Below, one piece after another: positions 38,663 to 52,377 of a DNA stretch of 64,000 nt. The notes below the pieces were generated by a model. That model had not been told where the DNA came from. It did no database searches and worked only from the letters and a program-made list of their open reading frames with translations. The stretch is taken from contig CM074511.1 in assembly GCA_037379345.1 (NCBI GenBank), positions 23,002,001 through 23,066,000 of the forward strand. The letters are read 5' to 3'. Both the position numbers and the translations under genes were made by a program. This DNA comes from Perna viridis. Lineage: Eukaryota. The stretch's first letter is position 1. Every line of letters starts with the position of its first letter.

Positions 38663-40758
38663 TTACGCATCATCAAAGGCGTTTCCCCACAACAACAATT
38701 TAAGCTTAGGGTTTGAGGAAGTTACAATGCGTACACGATATCTCAAATCATCGGAACCTGCAGCAGGATTTGTATATTCCCGACCCAGTCGGTTATAGCA
38801 CAATTTCATCAATGTTATAGTCGGATTACATTCGAGAACATCAAGAAGCTTAGAAAAACCGTCATTTGTGATCCCACACATGTTTAAACCTAATGTTTTA
38901 ATTGCCTTGTTCCTTTCTAGTGATGCGGCAAGTTTTGATATACCTGCATCGGCTATGAAATTTGAACTAAGATCTAAATTCAGAATGGTTTTGTTGCTTA
39001 GAATAACATCTGCTAGTAAAGCACAGCCAGATGCTGTAATTCCACAGTTTTCAAGATTTAGTTCCAAAAGAGACGTCTTGTCATTTAAATGTCTGCACAT
39101 CATTTCCATGCCATCATCACCAATAAAGTTTCTACTCATATCTAGTTCTAGCAATGATTTACTTTGCTGGACACCTTCAAAAAGAATTCCACAACCAATC
39201 CAAGTTATATTGGCACTGCGAATGCGTAATTTTGTCAAGGACTTGTTCATCTTAAGCATATTCCCGATCGCAATACATCCACTATCAGAAACTTCAAGAA
39301 AACTAAAATCTAGCTCATTTATACTTATGCTACTTTTCAAAGCATCACAAATACTTTTGCATCCTTCACTTTCTATGCCAGTGGACGACAAATTTAGGAG
39401 TTTAATTGTAGCATTTTTCTGCAAGAAACAAGAAAGCAGTATGGCCCCTTCATTCCCAACTGAATTTAAACGCAAGTCTAGAACAGATATCGTTGATTTT
39501 GGCAAGGCGGTTGATAGCGATCCAATATCAGTTCCTAACATCTGCGTTTTACCAATATGAAGTTCTAATATACATTTGTATTTTTCAAGAATTGTAGCAA
39601 GTGCTTTTGCCCTTTCTCCGCGTAATGAGTAACCAGAAATGTTAATATTTATCATAGGAAGCCCCTGATCATGACCAGCTACTTCGTCGATTAAAGTACT
39701 GTCACTAGCATTTGACATGTAAGATATCCTTGATGACCTTTTCAGCAACATTGAATCCCTGGAGTAGCGCTTATAGTCCCTGGCTCTTTCCAGTTGTACC
39801 AAAGGTCTAAGTTTACCTAGGTGACTGTTGTAGTAACCAACTTCGAATGTAATGCTTTTGTCGTCATCGGGAATACATGATGAACTATTACTTGAGATTG
39901 GAATGTTAAATATAACGCCATAAATATCCTTCATGACATCAAGTATCACAACCACATCTTTGTTTGTTTGTTTCGATTTAAGAATATCACAGAAATCCGT
40001 GAATTGTTCACTTGTTCCCTCAATTAAAGTTTGCATTAAGCTTTCACATACCAGACGTCTATCAGGGTGTCCTTTAAAAGCTTGGTAGTCAATCCCAGAG
40101 ATAACTTTATTTTGTGACAATTCATCAAGTATTAGTGTAGGATCAATGGTTTGGCAAAGTAGTTCTGAGGAGTTCTGAAGAACTAGTCGATGGCTTTCAG
40201 ATGATGTGATGTCAACAGACATCTTTCTTGACCTACCGATTGTTCGTCTCGGATTCAAATCAGGGGTGACGATTTTAATTTTTGTGGAATTGTAGGATGA
40301 CCCTAGTACTAAAGACGAATCCAACTCTGATGAAAGATTTGCGTCATCATTCTGCTTAAGTTTTGACGTTTCAATATTATTGTTTTCTCTAATGTTTGAG
40401 TTGATAGTGCTACATTCTTTCTGCACCGGCACCACGTGTGCAGTTGGAACATTACTATCACGTGGACGTGAAATCGGATATGCTTGGGACATGGCAAGGG
40501 AATTTCGCTCGGACTGTCCTACAACTGACGAACGGGGTGTACTGATGGATGATGAACGGAATAAAAAAAGTCGAGGTGGTTTAGGCGGAGGTTTTAAACT
40601 ATTCGTCCTCTTACATGCTTCGTCAGGGAAAAGCTTTCGACTAGCTTCATATTTTGCTAATTCCTCTCTGTGGAGCAGGTCCCTTTTGCCCTTATCGCCC
40701 CGACGAAGAGAAAATCTTCTCCAGAATCTCCAGGGGTGTCCGTTCTCGTCGTCGGAAT
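38663..40758 (-). CDS. CARD + ribonuclease-inhibitor-type LRR protein (NLRC3-like LRRs, no NACHT), large terminal coding exon
   Basis: The 609-aa ORF extends open a further 88 codons plus 2 nt to acceptor TTTTTTTGTAG|AT at 40758 (phase 1): DSDDENGHPWRFWRRFSL...KPPPKPPR... CARD-like helical block SHRLVLQNSSELLCQTIDPTLILDELSQNKVIS...FTDFCDIL, then about 11 LRRs with 28-residue period (e.g. LDLRLNSVGNEGA, LDMSRNFIGDDGM, LNLENCGITASGC). Confidence 0.9.
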
Positions 40759-40905
40759 CTACAAAAAAAAATCAGAGGAAAAAATAACAAAAACGTAATC
40801 AGAATAACACAAAGATAATACATATCACAGCCAGCAGTTTAGATGGAGGGTAATATAAACACATACGTAAAGATTATTAGGTTTTTAAACGAGTGCGTAG
40901 TCTTC

Positions 40906-41007
40906 GAAGATCTGTCATATCTTCCACGAGTGTGAGAAATTCCGCTACGTTCCACTCGAGAAAAGACGTAGATTTTCTCACTCGAATGGAAGATATCCCA
41001 GATCTTC
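40906..41007. repeat. Imperfect palindrome at the end of an intronic insertion (possibly Crypton-like, non-autonomous)
   Basis: GAAGATCTG..ATATCTTCCA.CGAGTG.GAGAAA...TTTCTCACTCG..TGGAAGATAT..CAGATCTTC; the ~40880-41420 segment has no counterpart in the pseudogene copy. Confidence 0.65.
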
Positions 41008-44000
41008 ACTATTCACGAGTACAAGAAACTATTTCTTTCGTTTAAAATTACTAAAACTATATGAATGAATGGCGTTGAAAAATGGAGTAAATTAATGCGC
41101 CTGTGAAAATGTGTGTCATGTCAGTTAAAAATAAATACCTTAAACTAAAATTTCCCAGTAAAATCAATTATTGTATATTTGCTAAGAATGATAAAATAGA
41201 GACAAAACGGTGTGGTTTCAAAGAAGAAAGTTTTGAAAGATTGGTTTTCTGAAATATGGTACTATAATGCACTATTTTACTTTTTTTACCTCGCTTTGAT
41301 TGGTTGGCTTTGCCAGTGAAGACAAGAACAGAACCTCTTTTGGACTGAATTATTTGTTCGGTTTATGCTGATTTTTCGGTTTTAACTTCAAAACGCATTG
41401 ACTTTATATGTAAGGACTATGTAAGGATATCTCCAGTATATCCACGCTTTACTGTATTCATTTAATATCTGTTCTTCACTTATCAATTGAAACCATTTTA
41501 TGACTACATGAAAGCAACACACAAAAGATGATGCTATAATTTATGCAGTAGCTGAGTCATGATGTAATGACAGTATGGTACTTAATTTAATTGTTGCATG
41601 CATGGAATTGATATATGGGAGAGGCACGTCAAAACGGTGCAAAAAATTAACCATCTCAAAAATGAAAGACAAGGATCGACTCATACCAAAATAACTAAAT
41701 CCGTTTTATTTTATGGCTGATTTTAAAATTACAAAAGTCATATTTATGTTATAAAACATAACATCACTTAGCATGCCCTATAATGCTAGTTGTTGCATAG
41801 CAGCAAGCTCATTATATCAGTTTACTTTGCAGCGACAGTTACACTTACCATGTTATTGTCACTATTATGGTTTGTGCGTGATCCAGTGCATTATAATACA
41901 ATTTCATTAAAACAACAACTTTAACTCTAACATAACTCAAAGTAAAATATACAAACCTCGACAATGAAAAAATGAATAGACACGGTATAAAAATCCAAGT
42001 TACAGAAACAGAGATTAAAATCGATTCGAAAAACATTAATATTGACTGATGTCATTGACGAGACGCTGATTATACACAGTCCTAGACCAAAGTGATCTTT
42101 GGGATCAATATGCAGTGTTGAATATATGAAACTTGACTGCTCAATTACCCTTATACGAAAAATTGGTCAATATACCAACTTCAAATGGTACAAAGTCGAA
42201 AATGTCAAAAGAAATCTGAAACATGGTAAGCAAATTTAAATAACAATACAACGATTGAAATAGGTTTTAGAATAGCAAGCAAAAAAAATATTTTCAAACC
42301 TTCATCGCTTTCCCAATTTCCGGACCAAGCTGCCTCCTGTCTCCGACAATTATACGAAGATCCACCAAAAAGTGAATGTTTCACATTTACCCAGACAGAA
42401 CAAAAATTCATTACGGCCTCTTAACAGTGAATAAAGTTACCAGAGAATATTTTAATTTCTCATCATATTATGCGAGGTTTGGATGAGTCACTAACAATAA
42501 TACAACAATTAAGAACCATTACTTCCATGAAATTGACGGTTATTATTCAGGAAAATGCAAGGTCGTTGAAAAGATTGCTTCAACATCGAATTTCTCGAAA
42601 TAGAATTTCCATGAATATATTTTCTGGACTGCATAGTCGTCGTTATCCACAGTATTATATAGTAAGATCTAATATCCGGTGTCAAAGACCAAGGCGTTTA
42701 ACTAAGTGAAAATTATAAGATGAGTGTTCAAAATTATGTTTTCAACAGATTGCATCGCTAAAAACTGACAAAGATCCAAGGTGTGAATTAGTTTCATTAT
42801 TTTGTAATAAACTTATCGTTATAAGATAACTCTAGGAAATTAAGTTTTCAATTATTTCCAAGCATCTGCTGACGATGCTCTCTTGTCTGTTTAACTATGA
42901 ACAAATGTATCTATGAATTTTACACTAGACAATCACAGAAGTTTATTAAATAATATTTGTTGCATCTAAGATGAAAAAGGACGATGATTAATTATGATAT
43001 TCCACCTCCAGGTGTCCGGTGTGAGATTTATTTCCAAGGAAATTGATACTAAATATATATATAAATATATGCCAGAAGACCAGAAAAGATTGATAGTGCA
43101 GACGTCAGTTTTTATGCCGGAATATGTTTGATCGTTTCAAAGAAGGTCAAGTAGCAAAGATCAAACAAAACACATATGTATTATTATTCCATCCCAAGAA
43201 ATGAAAAACCATAGTGAGCCGTCAAGTTCCGTTGTGAATGGTTACAAAAAGAGAGAAACAGAGTGAAAATAGCTGATGTAGAAAAAACAGAGATAACATT
43301 GAAGTGCAATTATATATAAGATGCATTCAACAACACATCTTTGTCAAAATTCCAGATTCTTAGTGAATTCTACATTAATGAAAACCGGGTTGCATCACAT
43401 AGTAACACAAAATAAGTGGTGATATGTCTTGTAGGAAAATTATTTCTCTAATTAGAACCATTCTGACAGTCAAAATTGATAGAGAAAATATTTACTTTAG
43501 AATCAAAACTTGGCTGTCACAATGACGACAACCCGAATTTTCTTGGTGCGATAAAGTTCAAGATTTAACAGAAATCAAAATTCCGAAAACACATTCTCTT
43601 GTTTACTTTTATTTCTTTTGGGGCTGGTTGGGGTTTACAGCCGTTTAAATCCTAAATCGAGCACGACCTTTTGCAGAGGTCTGTTGTACATCACCAATTA
43701 TTTTTCCGGACGAGCATATACATTTTAACTTAATATATCCCGCAGGTACATTTTAACTTATTTCCCGGGGAACCTTTTGAATTAATCAAAAATAAAAATC
43801 AGCAAAAGGAAATTTGTCTTGGTATATGAAATTGTGGACGTTATTTTTGCCTTTGTAGGTAGGGATGTTTTTAAGTTGTGTGAATTTTTGCCAGAAATGT
43901 GGACAGAAATGTTTTATCGAAGCAACATGAGTAAATTCTCATTTTTTTTTCACTTGAAGTTAAACGTAGATGAAAGTAGTTGCACCAATACGATGCTAAT

Positions 44001-47000
44001 TAATACAATAAAGATTTCCTCGTGATTGAGGGAAAATTGCTCACATTTTATTTTGCTTGTGATCATATGATATTTTCTCGATTTAACAACAAAACGTCAA
44101 AAGAAAACCGAAAGGATGAATATGAAATGCTTCTTTTTAAGTTAAAAGGAGTAATAAACATGGTATTTTGTCAAGACTCCAAATTACAAAGAAGTGTTCT
44201 ACCATATTTGAGTAACTTATTACTACAATAAAAGCGATATAGGCGGTATTGTTTACGGCATATATATCATCTTTCTTTTTTAATAGTTAGTTTGGAATTA
44301 AAGCCAAGAGGATTTATATTTGATATGATGTAATAATAGAACTAAGCCATCATGGCAGAGAAGTCAGGGATAAAACCAGGCTTTAAGTGTTATCATGATA
44401 TTTCCTAAGTTCATTTTACTGACTGGTCAGTCAGTAAAAGTTCTTAACCAAAATATTACAACTGCTATATTCATTAAAATGATTTTAAATTATGCCTTTG
44501 ATGGACGGAGCTCGATCATTCTTTGTTTACAGTGCACCGCCAAGTTGTCTCATGTGTGAGACTCTTCTGGGAAAGCTTGATACATTAAATTTTCTACACA
44601 GCCAATAATTTCCAAATAATGATTCAATAAATAAATATCCATCGACATATTAAAAGAAAAAAACAGTGCGTCCGCACTTGTGCAATCGTCTACTTCCGTG
44701 TCAACAATTTAGTCACTTCCGTCTGAATATTTTTTTAGCCATTCATAGTTCTGGTCTTACATTCCACATATATAGGACCTCGCTGATGCTCCGTCCATAT
44801 ACACTCTAGCAGTTCTTAGTCACTGTCATAAAGATGCTGGTACCCCGCATCTCCTGCACAGATAGTATATTCGATATTTCAATGCTTGACTCAGTGCTCA
44901 GCGCTTTTTATGCAAATCAGTGTAGTACACCGGATACAGCTTCGCAGATTTGTAATGAGTACTGTGCTGGTGCATTATGATTTCTGTTCACATCCTGTAT
45001 AGTAGAACCTATAAGTTAGCTGATTCATGGATACATTGTATATCATGAAGCAGTGATAGGTCTGCAGAGGGGATTGGGTGCCCTGGGGGTGATACACGTT
45101 GTCTATTGTCGTCATCAGTGTCATATGCGTGAGTTTATTTTTTTACGTAAGAAACAAGGTGCCCCCCCCCCCCAATTTAAATGGTTGCTTCCTAGATCGA
45201 AAAGTATTGCTCAAAAGGGGTAAAATATACACCAATCGTTTTCGAAAAATAGGTCTTAGACGAGCGATGACAGTAGTGTATGTGTGCTGAAGCCATCAAC
45301 ATAGATAGGTGATGGTATCGTAACAATGAGGATCTTCGTACATGAGAAACAATCTTAATGGATGCAACAGATAGTTCTTTACTTACACTTATGAGTTTCA
45401 CTTGTGAATTATGCATTCCTGAGACTACACATGCCTCGTCATTTGACAAATATCAGTCAATAAAAAGGAGGAATGGAGACAGATTAATCTCACATCTACC
45501 CGACTTCAAGGGTCAGAGATTGCAGGTAGGTTAGGGGTTGTTAATAGAATAAAGAAAACTTTTGAAGGTAGAATTTGTGAAAAATCAAGACTTCATGCAC
45601 AAAAAACAATATCCCAAATATAGGGGAGGGCGTATGCCGGGTCCGCTCCGGGGCCTCTATGAATCCGCGCTTCTACGCATTCAAATGTGTGTGAAATTTA
45701 AATCAAAACTTGAGAAATGTTAAGCACGGCATTACATCTGATTTATGACCGTATGTATTCAATTTATAGCTTCAGTATTGAACTGATTTGTAATTTATGA
45801 AAAGAGTCTTTCAAATGATCGATAATTTCATAAAACAGATTTAAACGATCAGATTGGAGTTTTGTTCGCGATGTCCTCTTGTAAAAAGGATCAAAGCGTG
45901 GTTAGGGACCAAACAATGCAACTTAGGCCTTGCTGGGTTATAACATGACAAGCAGTACAATTTACAATAAATTAACATGGATCGTTTTTTGTGTCTAGTT
46001 TATCCGGAAATCTAAATTTGACATGTAATAGATCTATTTTGTCAATAAGATTGACAATTATTTATTTGAAATGTCATGTAAAAAAATTGTTGTCTTACTT
46101 TAAAGGGTCTAGATCAATGTGCATTATTAGGTCTGTTAAGCAGAGCAAGCGACAGAATTGACAGATTTGTTTCGTATGAAATTCAATACAACTGACTTAC
46201 ATGTACATGACTTAGAGTTTTTTTTCTCTTCTCTATTTCGATTATTAGGGTAACATGAGTGCATGTTTTAATGTTAATAAGCCTTATTTGCCCCATCATT
46301 TCCATTGAGTATGCTTGTACCAATGCATGAGCTATCATTTGCATTGATATTGTTTATTGTTTGGTCTTCCATTCTGTTTTCTCATTCTTTTGCTGTACTC
46401 TCTCCTTTTTGAACATTTTTTTTTCATGTTTGGCATGATTTTGTGTAGTATGGACTCAGAAATTAAACAATGTAACATTTTCACCCCGCCCTTTTGTTTG
46501 TTTGTTTGTTTGTTTGTTTTTTCAATTTATTGTTTTGGTAATTCGTTTGACATGATAATATAATGCTGTTGGTGGAAAACCTTTAAAAATATTGCAGCAA
46601 TGTTCTTGAAATGTTTGTATTGCAAAAGAACATACACCTTAGTAAAGCCGAATGCGGTTGAAAAAGGGCAAAAGCTATCAATTAGGAATCGATGAAAAGT
46701 TTACAAAGACTATACTCAGCATTTTCAGTAAGCAGGACAGATCTGATCTGAATGCCAAAGAACACTGTCGGAAGATAAAGAAAGGAACGCAACAGAGACC
46801 GCACGTACACACAAGCCGATAACACAGTCATCAACTCATGGAAATAGAATTAACTTAATGTAGATGGTTGTTACTGATATGTGTCCTAGGGGAAATGACC
46901 ATCTGATGGATGGGACAAGACAGTAAATTAAGTATAATTAAATTACAAATTGGAATTACATTGGTATCGAAACGTGATATTTGCCCAATGATTACTTGTA

Positions 47001-47690
47001 GTTATTGATCCAATAGAAGCTGATTGGATGGATAGACCTCAATAAAATGGTATGCTTAGGGTTATCAAAGAGATTAGTCGTCGTATGAAACATTTGTTTA
47101 ATGGACAGTTTTACTGTTATCATTGCATTCCACCTTGTCGCATAAAATCTGATCTTTGTTGGCATAAACTAGTACTAAATATAGGGACACTAAAGCTTCT
47201 TTGGTCTAACAAGCAAGATTCCATTTTCACATTTTAGCTATCGAATGTCTGTTTTGTCCTTTTTTCTAATAACGAGTTTTAACCCCTATATGACACCTAC
47301 ACGATACATGTATATAAATCGAGTCTTATTTTGCTTGTGATTCGGATGATTACATATGAATTGCGCAGTCATTGTGACACGAAACCATACACAAAAACCA
47401 AAAGTCATTTAGATAGGAAAAGCGAAATATAAATAACGATATATATCTTGTAACGAGAAAAGAGGAGATTATAGAGCCAAATTTAAGGAAAAACAATTAA
47501 AGCTATAATCATATCATGAGAGTAAAGGGAAGTCATATCATATCCTTACTTGATTTCAAGGAGCAAATCTGATGTATAAATAGAACACAGAGACTAAAAC
47601 ATAAATAGAAAGCGGGAAGAAAGAAATAGAGTAATAAGCAACTCCGACTAAATAAAAGAAAACAAGAAAGTGTAAAACACAGCCCCTTAC

Positions 47691-47749
47691 CTATCCTTCG
47701 ATCCATTACATCCTTCACAAAATAACGGTTCTGACCATGCTCTTGATAT
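47691..47749 (-). CDS. Candidate alternative coding exon of the CARD-LRR gene (MDRRI-G|, phase 1)
   Basis: TTTTAG|ATATCAAG...ATG GAT CGA AGG ATA G|GTAAGG; the phase-1 donor joins in frame to the 40758 acceptor (MDRRIDSDDENG...). Confidence 0.45.
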
Positions 47750-50700
47750 CTAAAACTCATTAACACTTGGTACCCATCTGTCCATTTGTATGACCTGACT
47801 AATCACAGTATCAATTTCCGTGATAACCAATGATCAGACGAATCAACTGTCATATCTTAGAACAAAGAGCAACTCTAGTGATTGCCAAGAAAGCTTTGTC
47901 AAGGAAATAAAACAGTAGAAAATGCTGTGAAAATACAATATACTAAGTAGTTCTCCAGGCAATCTGGCGATATTTTCCAAGCATAAGCAAGAATGAAATA
48001 TTTCTCAAATTAATTATTTCAATTCATGTAAGTGCTTAATACAAGCCGAGAACACAAGCCAAGAGGCCCTCAATGAAAACTTCAGATATTACATATCAAG
48101 TGTAATTTTAATTAACCCTAAACCTATTCAGATTAGACTAATGAACTTTTTGAAAAATGTTGACTAAAATCAGAGCTCCTCGAAACTAAAATTTGGTACG
48201 TTTACGTCATTTAAAAATTAAATGAAAAGTGGGAAATGTAAAAAAAATCAAGGAACAAATAGTTTAACCTCAAAAAGAGTATATAGTGTCTATACGTATA
48301 TAGTACTGTGTATATGCATCACTGTCATGATGTCAACCCAGCGCAATGAAATACCTATTTGAAATGTATCCTAGCTCATTGATGGACAGCAAACAAATAA
48401 AAAAATAATGATCGAAAGCTTAAGCGATCAGAAAAGAAAGGAGAGTTCCATTACTTCACAAAATGTGTAGTCATTATGCAAAGATTTGTATAGTACATGT
48501 AGTATGCATATGGCATACCATATGTACATGTGAGTAATTGGGTAAAAACATCTATATTAGCAAAGTATGGTATCGATTTTTGCACCTGCACAGGTGAGAA
48601 AACAATGATGAAGATGAAGCTGATTACAGATATCAGTTCTCAGAATGTCTACTAGATGATTGATTACCCCAACCTACTAGCGTTTAACGTAACAATTTAA
48701 GTGAAATTCACAAAGCTGGAGCATATCAAGAGATTTATATAAAGGGGATGGGGGTTTCAATTTATCATTAATTTGCTCATATTTTTGGTCAACTTTTGCT
48801 CGAGTTTGCTCTATAATCTATCTCCGTTTCGCATAATTTCACCACCGGACTCACTACGGCAAAATATAAAGAAAAAAGTATTAAGTTTGTACACTGAAAT
48901 AGCAAATAACAGATACTATTTCAGTGTACAAATTGAAATTAAATGACGAATACAAGAAAATGTAAAAAATAACTTTCTTGGTGTTTGCATGTTCCAATGT
49001 GGAATGAAATAAGCCTGTGTGATATAGATAGTTGGCAGACAAGATAAACGAGACAAGTTTCCTTTTGGGAATGTAGAGTGATGGATATTTCAACAAGAGA
49101 TCCCAAGGGAGATCATTTTACAGATTTGTCATTGAGGTAGAAATGTTAAGTATACACGTCCATCTACGATATATGCAGCTTCTATGTGATAAGACCATAT
49201 TTTATTTGTCAAATATCCTGATAGTGTAAATGCACCCGCATGTCATATTCGCGATTTGAGTGCTAATTAAGTAATGAAGGAGAAAAATGCATTTTGAAAG
49301 TTGAAAAAATATTTGATTAGTGACAAAAACTTGTCTAAATTTACATACAATTGACCTGGGCTGTTTTTAATTATCTTTGTTAATTTTAGCTACACCTCTT
49401 ATTGGATTGCTTTAGAAATAAATATGACTTGCTGAGAGATTTAAGGTTATTAAGACAGTTGAGAAATTAATTAAAAATCCGATATACAGCTCTTTCTTTG
49501 ATTTGCATGATTTGTATAGGAATAAATATTAAGTTATAAAAATCAATTAAGATAATTTCGTGTGTCACAATGACTAGTTACTTTATTATTCACAAATGAA
49601 CGTCAAAGGACGAGCTACAGTAGATGTAAGTATCAAACATGGATGGTTTGGTAGGAAAGAAGCATATTCATGTTCGTTTAAATATCTTTACAGTTCTCAC
49701 AGGCATATTTGGTTTGTTTGATAAAGTTACGGTTTTGTCGAAAATGCAACATTTTTTTGTTCACGGTCCTTAATTGTTCCGTTCACGATCAAGCTGCATT
49801 ACTTGACATATAACACCGATCTGCTCACGATCATTTTTCTCGCTTGACAGTGTGACTTTCACTTTCAATACATAACAAAATTTACTTCCTAAAAATAAAA
49901 AAAAATGATAATGTAGTCTAAATATATGCTGTTAAGACGTAAAACGTCAGATAACAACCTTATACCGACATCTGCTTAAATATAGGTATAGTATAATTTT
50001 ATAGATTAGATCTTCATTTTCACCTGCTGATTTAATAACTGGTATACGAGGTGTTTAAGCAACAGAGAAAAAAACGTATCACTGCCACAATAACATGTTG
50101 ATGACCCGGTGATGGTCAGTGGTAGACATTGTGTTCACTTGTAATGTGAACGCGTATTGTCCTGTGAAATGCTTTTTTACCTGTTTGTCAATGATACGAC
50201 AGGCCCACAAGGGCCGGTCCAGAAATTTATTAACAGGGGTTTCGACACAAAAAATCATTTAAGGTGTTTCATGCTGTCCTTTGCTCATATGTGTTCAAAA
50301 TTTGCTCCTAATTAACCGGTTTCCCAGTAAGAGGGAGGTAACAGTTCTCGGGACCACTGGTTTATATTGATAAATTGGTATGCTTTTATTGTAAACATGG
50401 AAAGCGAGTATCAATAAACGAAAACATGTTCAACTTAGCATTAATTGTGTTGACATTGTATCAAGAAAAAAAAACGCAAATAAAAAACGTTTTATTATTT
50501 TTGGACACTGTTAGACCCATGGACATTGTGATGCTTCTTGGGCTACAGGAAGTAATGAATTTTTTAAAACCCAATTATTTTTCTAAAGAATTTGAAAGGC
50601 ATGATGAAATTATAGTTACAGCCAGATTTAACTTGTTATTCATCGAATTACATGAATTTTATGACATTTAAGTTTGACCTTGAAAAGTACAGGTTCACTG

Positions 50701-51459
50701 CTCACATCCCCTCCTAAAGCTTGCATGATATAATTTAGCATAACAAATAACTTTCAATTTCGTTATTAAATTTCAAATTAAATTGCTATGTACTGGAAAC
50801 AGACCTAAATTATATGAAGGATTTGCAGCTGTTTGTGAAACATATTTTTTTTGGAGTATAATTATCTATTTTTGCTACGTTATATTTTTTTCTCGAAAAT
50901 AATGTTCTATATTTTGAAAACAACCATGCAAGTGTCCCGGAGTATCTTGTTTTCTTTCATTCCTTCAAAGTAACCAGTTACATGAATTGATTTGAAAGAT
51001 ATGTTTGTTTTTGCCATTGTAACAATATTTTCAATTTTTTTAGACTAGTTGACTTACATAAATTGCTCATACCAAACAATGGCCCAGATAAAAAAGCATT
51101 TGTTATATTATGCATTTACATAGTACAAAGTTCTTGTTTGCCCGGGCGAATTTCCAAAAAAAAAAAAATGAATCGCCACAAAGTTAATCTAAACTTTAAA
51201 CTAGTTGTTAAGCCACACTTACTACTGGATAAATGGATAGTTTTAGTTAATGCACAACCCTCTGTTTGGTTTATTTTCAAAGTAAGAGATTTGTTTTTGA
51301 ATCAAATAACTGGCGGAAATATTTGTACACTTCAACTTCCAAATTTCAATGAAGTTAATAGTACTGTTGCAGAAAATGAGAGCTGAAAATTCAGCTAAAA
51401 TGAAATTTGAAAAATTCTATATGGCGAAAAAAAAGAACAGGCATCCACTTCATGCATGT

Positions 51460-51560
51460 ATGCCTGGCTATTGCGAACATGTTATGGTATGCAACTATCG
51501 ATCCGTCCGTCCGTCCGTCCCTTTGACGAACGATAACTTGAAACCCTTTTGGGCGATTTC
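51460..51560 (+). repeat. HINE 5'-end remnant
   Basis: (TCCG)4 microsatellite followed by ACGATAACTTGAAACCCTTTTGGGCGATT. Confidence 0.4.
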
Positions 51561-52377
51561 ATATTTTGGTAAAATGAAATGGTAATAATCTGTATAATCG
51601 TTATATAAATAGAGCGTTTCTGTATTTAATTCATAGATTTCGATTCTAGATAGTTAACATGTCACTTTTGCATCGAAAGTAGCGCTTAATGTGCGATAAA
51701 TGCGATATCGATTTCCTTCATCATAAATAAACATTATATCATCTTTAATAATACCTGTATTGGAACCACGTTTTCACAAATACCTACATTGTACAGTATA
51801 TTACGTCACTTCATATCGTTTAAGTATTCTTCAGAGAATATTCATGGCTTCGTTTTCTTATTTATATATACAAGCTTATAAATATTTTTGTAATGAAATA
51901 TGGTGCCTTCGGTATCACTTGGTACATGCAATTATATTTAGAAGACATGAAAAAAAAATGTGATATACGTGAAAGTACATAAAATACGATATAATAAAAC
52001 ATTACAATAAGCTATGTAAACATGTCCTACAATAATATATCACCATGTATCTGTGTGTACTTGTCTAACTTATAAGTTCGAAGGGATTAAGGTAAGTGTT
52101 GACCTGATGAATTGTGTCTTCTCATAATCTGAACGACAAAGTTGGTCTTTGGGAATGCAAACAAATATATATTTTTATATTTATTTGTACTAAGAAAGGG
52201 AGATTTTGTACAACAGTTACGAACGGTATATTTGGTGTTCAGAACTGTCAAAACAAGTGGTATATAGTAGTAAATTATAATACAAAACCTCGGTAAAAAC
52301 TTATTAGTACCAAAGTTTAGGTAGACCTTTTCAAATCTGACCCCTCTTAATTTTCTAAAAGCGTAAATAAGACTCAC

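Larger units (their letters stand above)
25750..41836. repeat. Segmental duplication unit gamma (orphan gene + GPCR + intact CARD-LRR exon)
   Basis: Collinear with unit beta and partly alpha. Homology to beta ends at ...CAGTTTACTTTGCAGC (~41833 vs ~24480) inside the CARD-LRR intron. Confidence 0.85.

Noticed and set aside
38868-39560. 230-aa plus-strand ORF
   Set aside because: Antisense shadow of the LRR coding exon with no independent domain signal. The same applies to 40380-40787 and 23294-23593.
39545-39565. HIGKT as a possible NACHT Walker A
   Set aside because: It lies within an LRR (LELHIGKTQM), lacks GxxxxGK[ST] spacing, and no Walker B or room for a NACHT follows.
41845-42036. ATG|GTAAGT donor at 41849 as the first coding exon of CARD-LRR
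   Set aside because: The ATG is phase 0 and the phase-1 frame has a stop two codons upstream, so it cannot join the 40758 acceptor in frame. At most a non-coding exon.
44760-45040. GC-richer stretch with minus-strand AGDAGY, reminiscent of a Harbinger transposase motif
   Set aside because: No sustained frame or second motif; too weak to call.
42050-52300. Numerous 60-130 aa ORFs in the large intron
   Set aside because: AT-rich, F/L/I/K-biased chance ORFs without domain signatures, apart from the 47691-47749 exon candidate.
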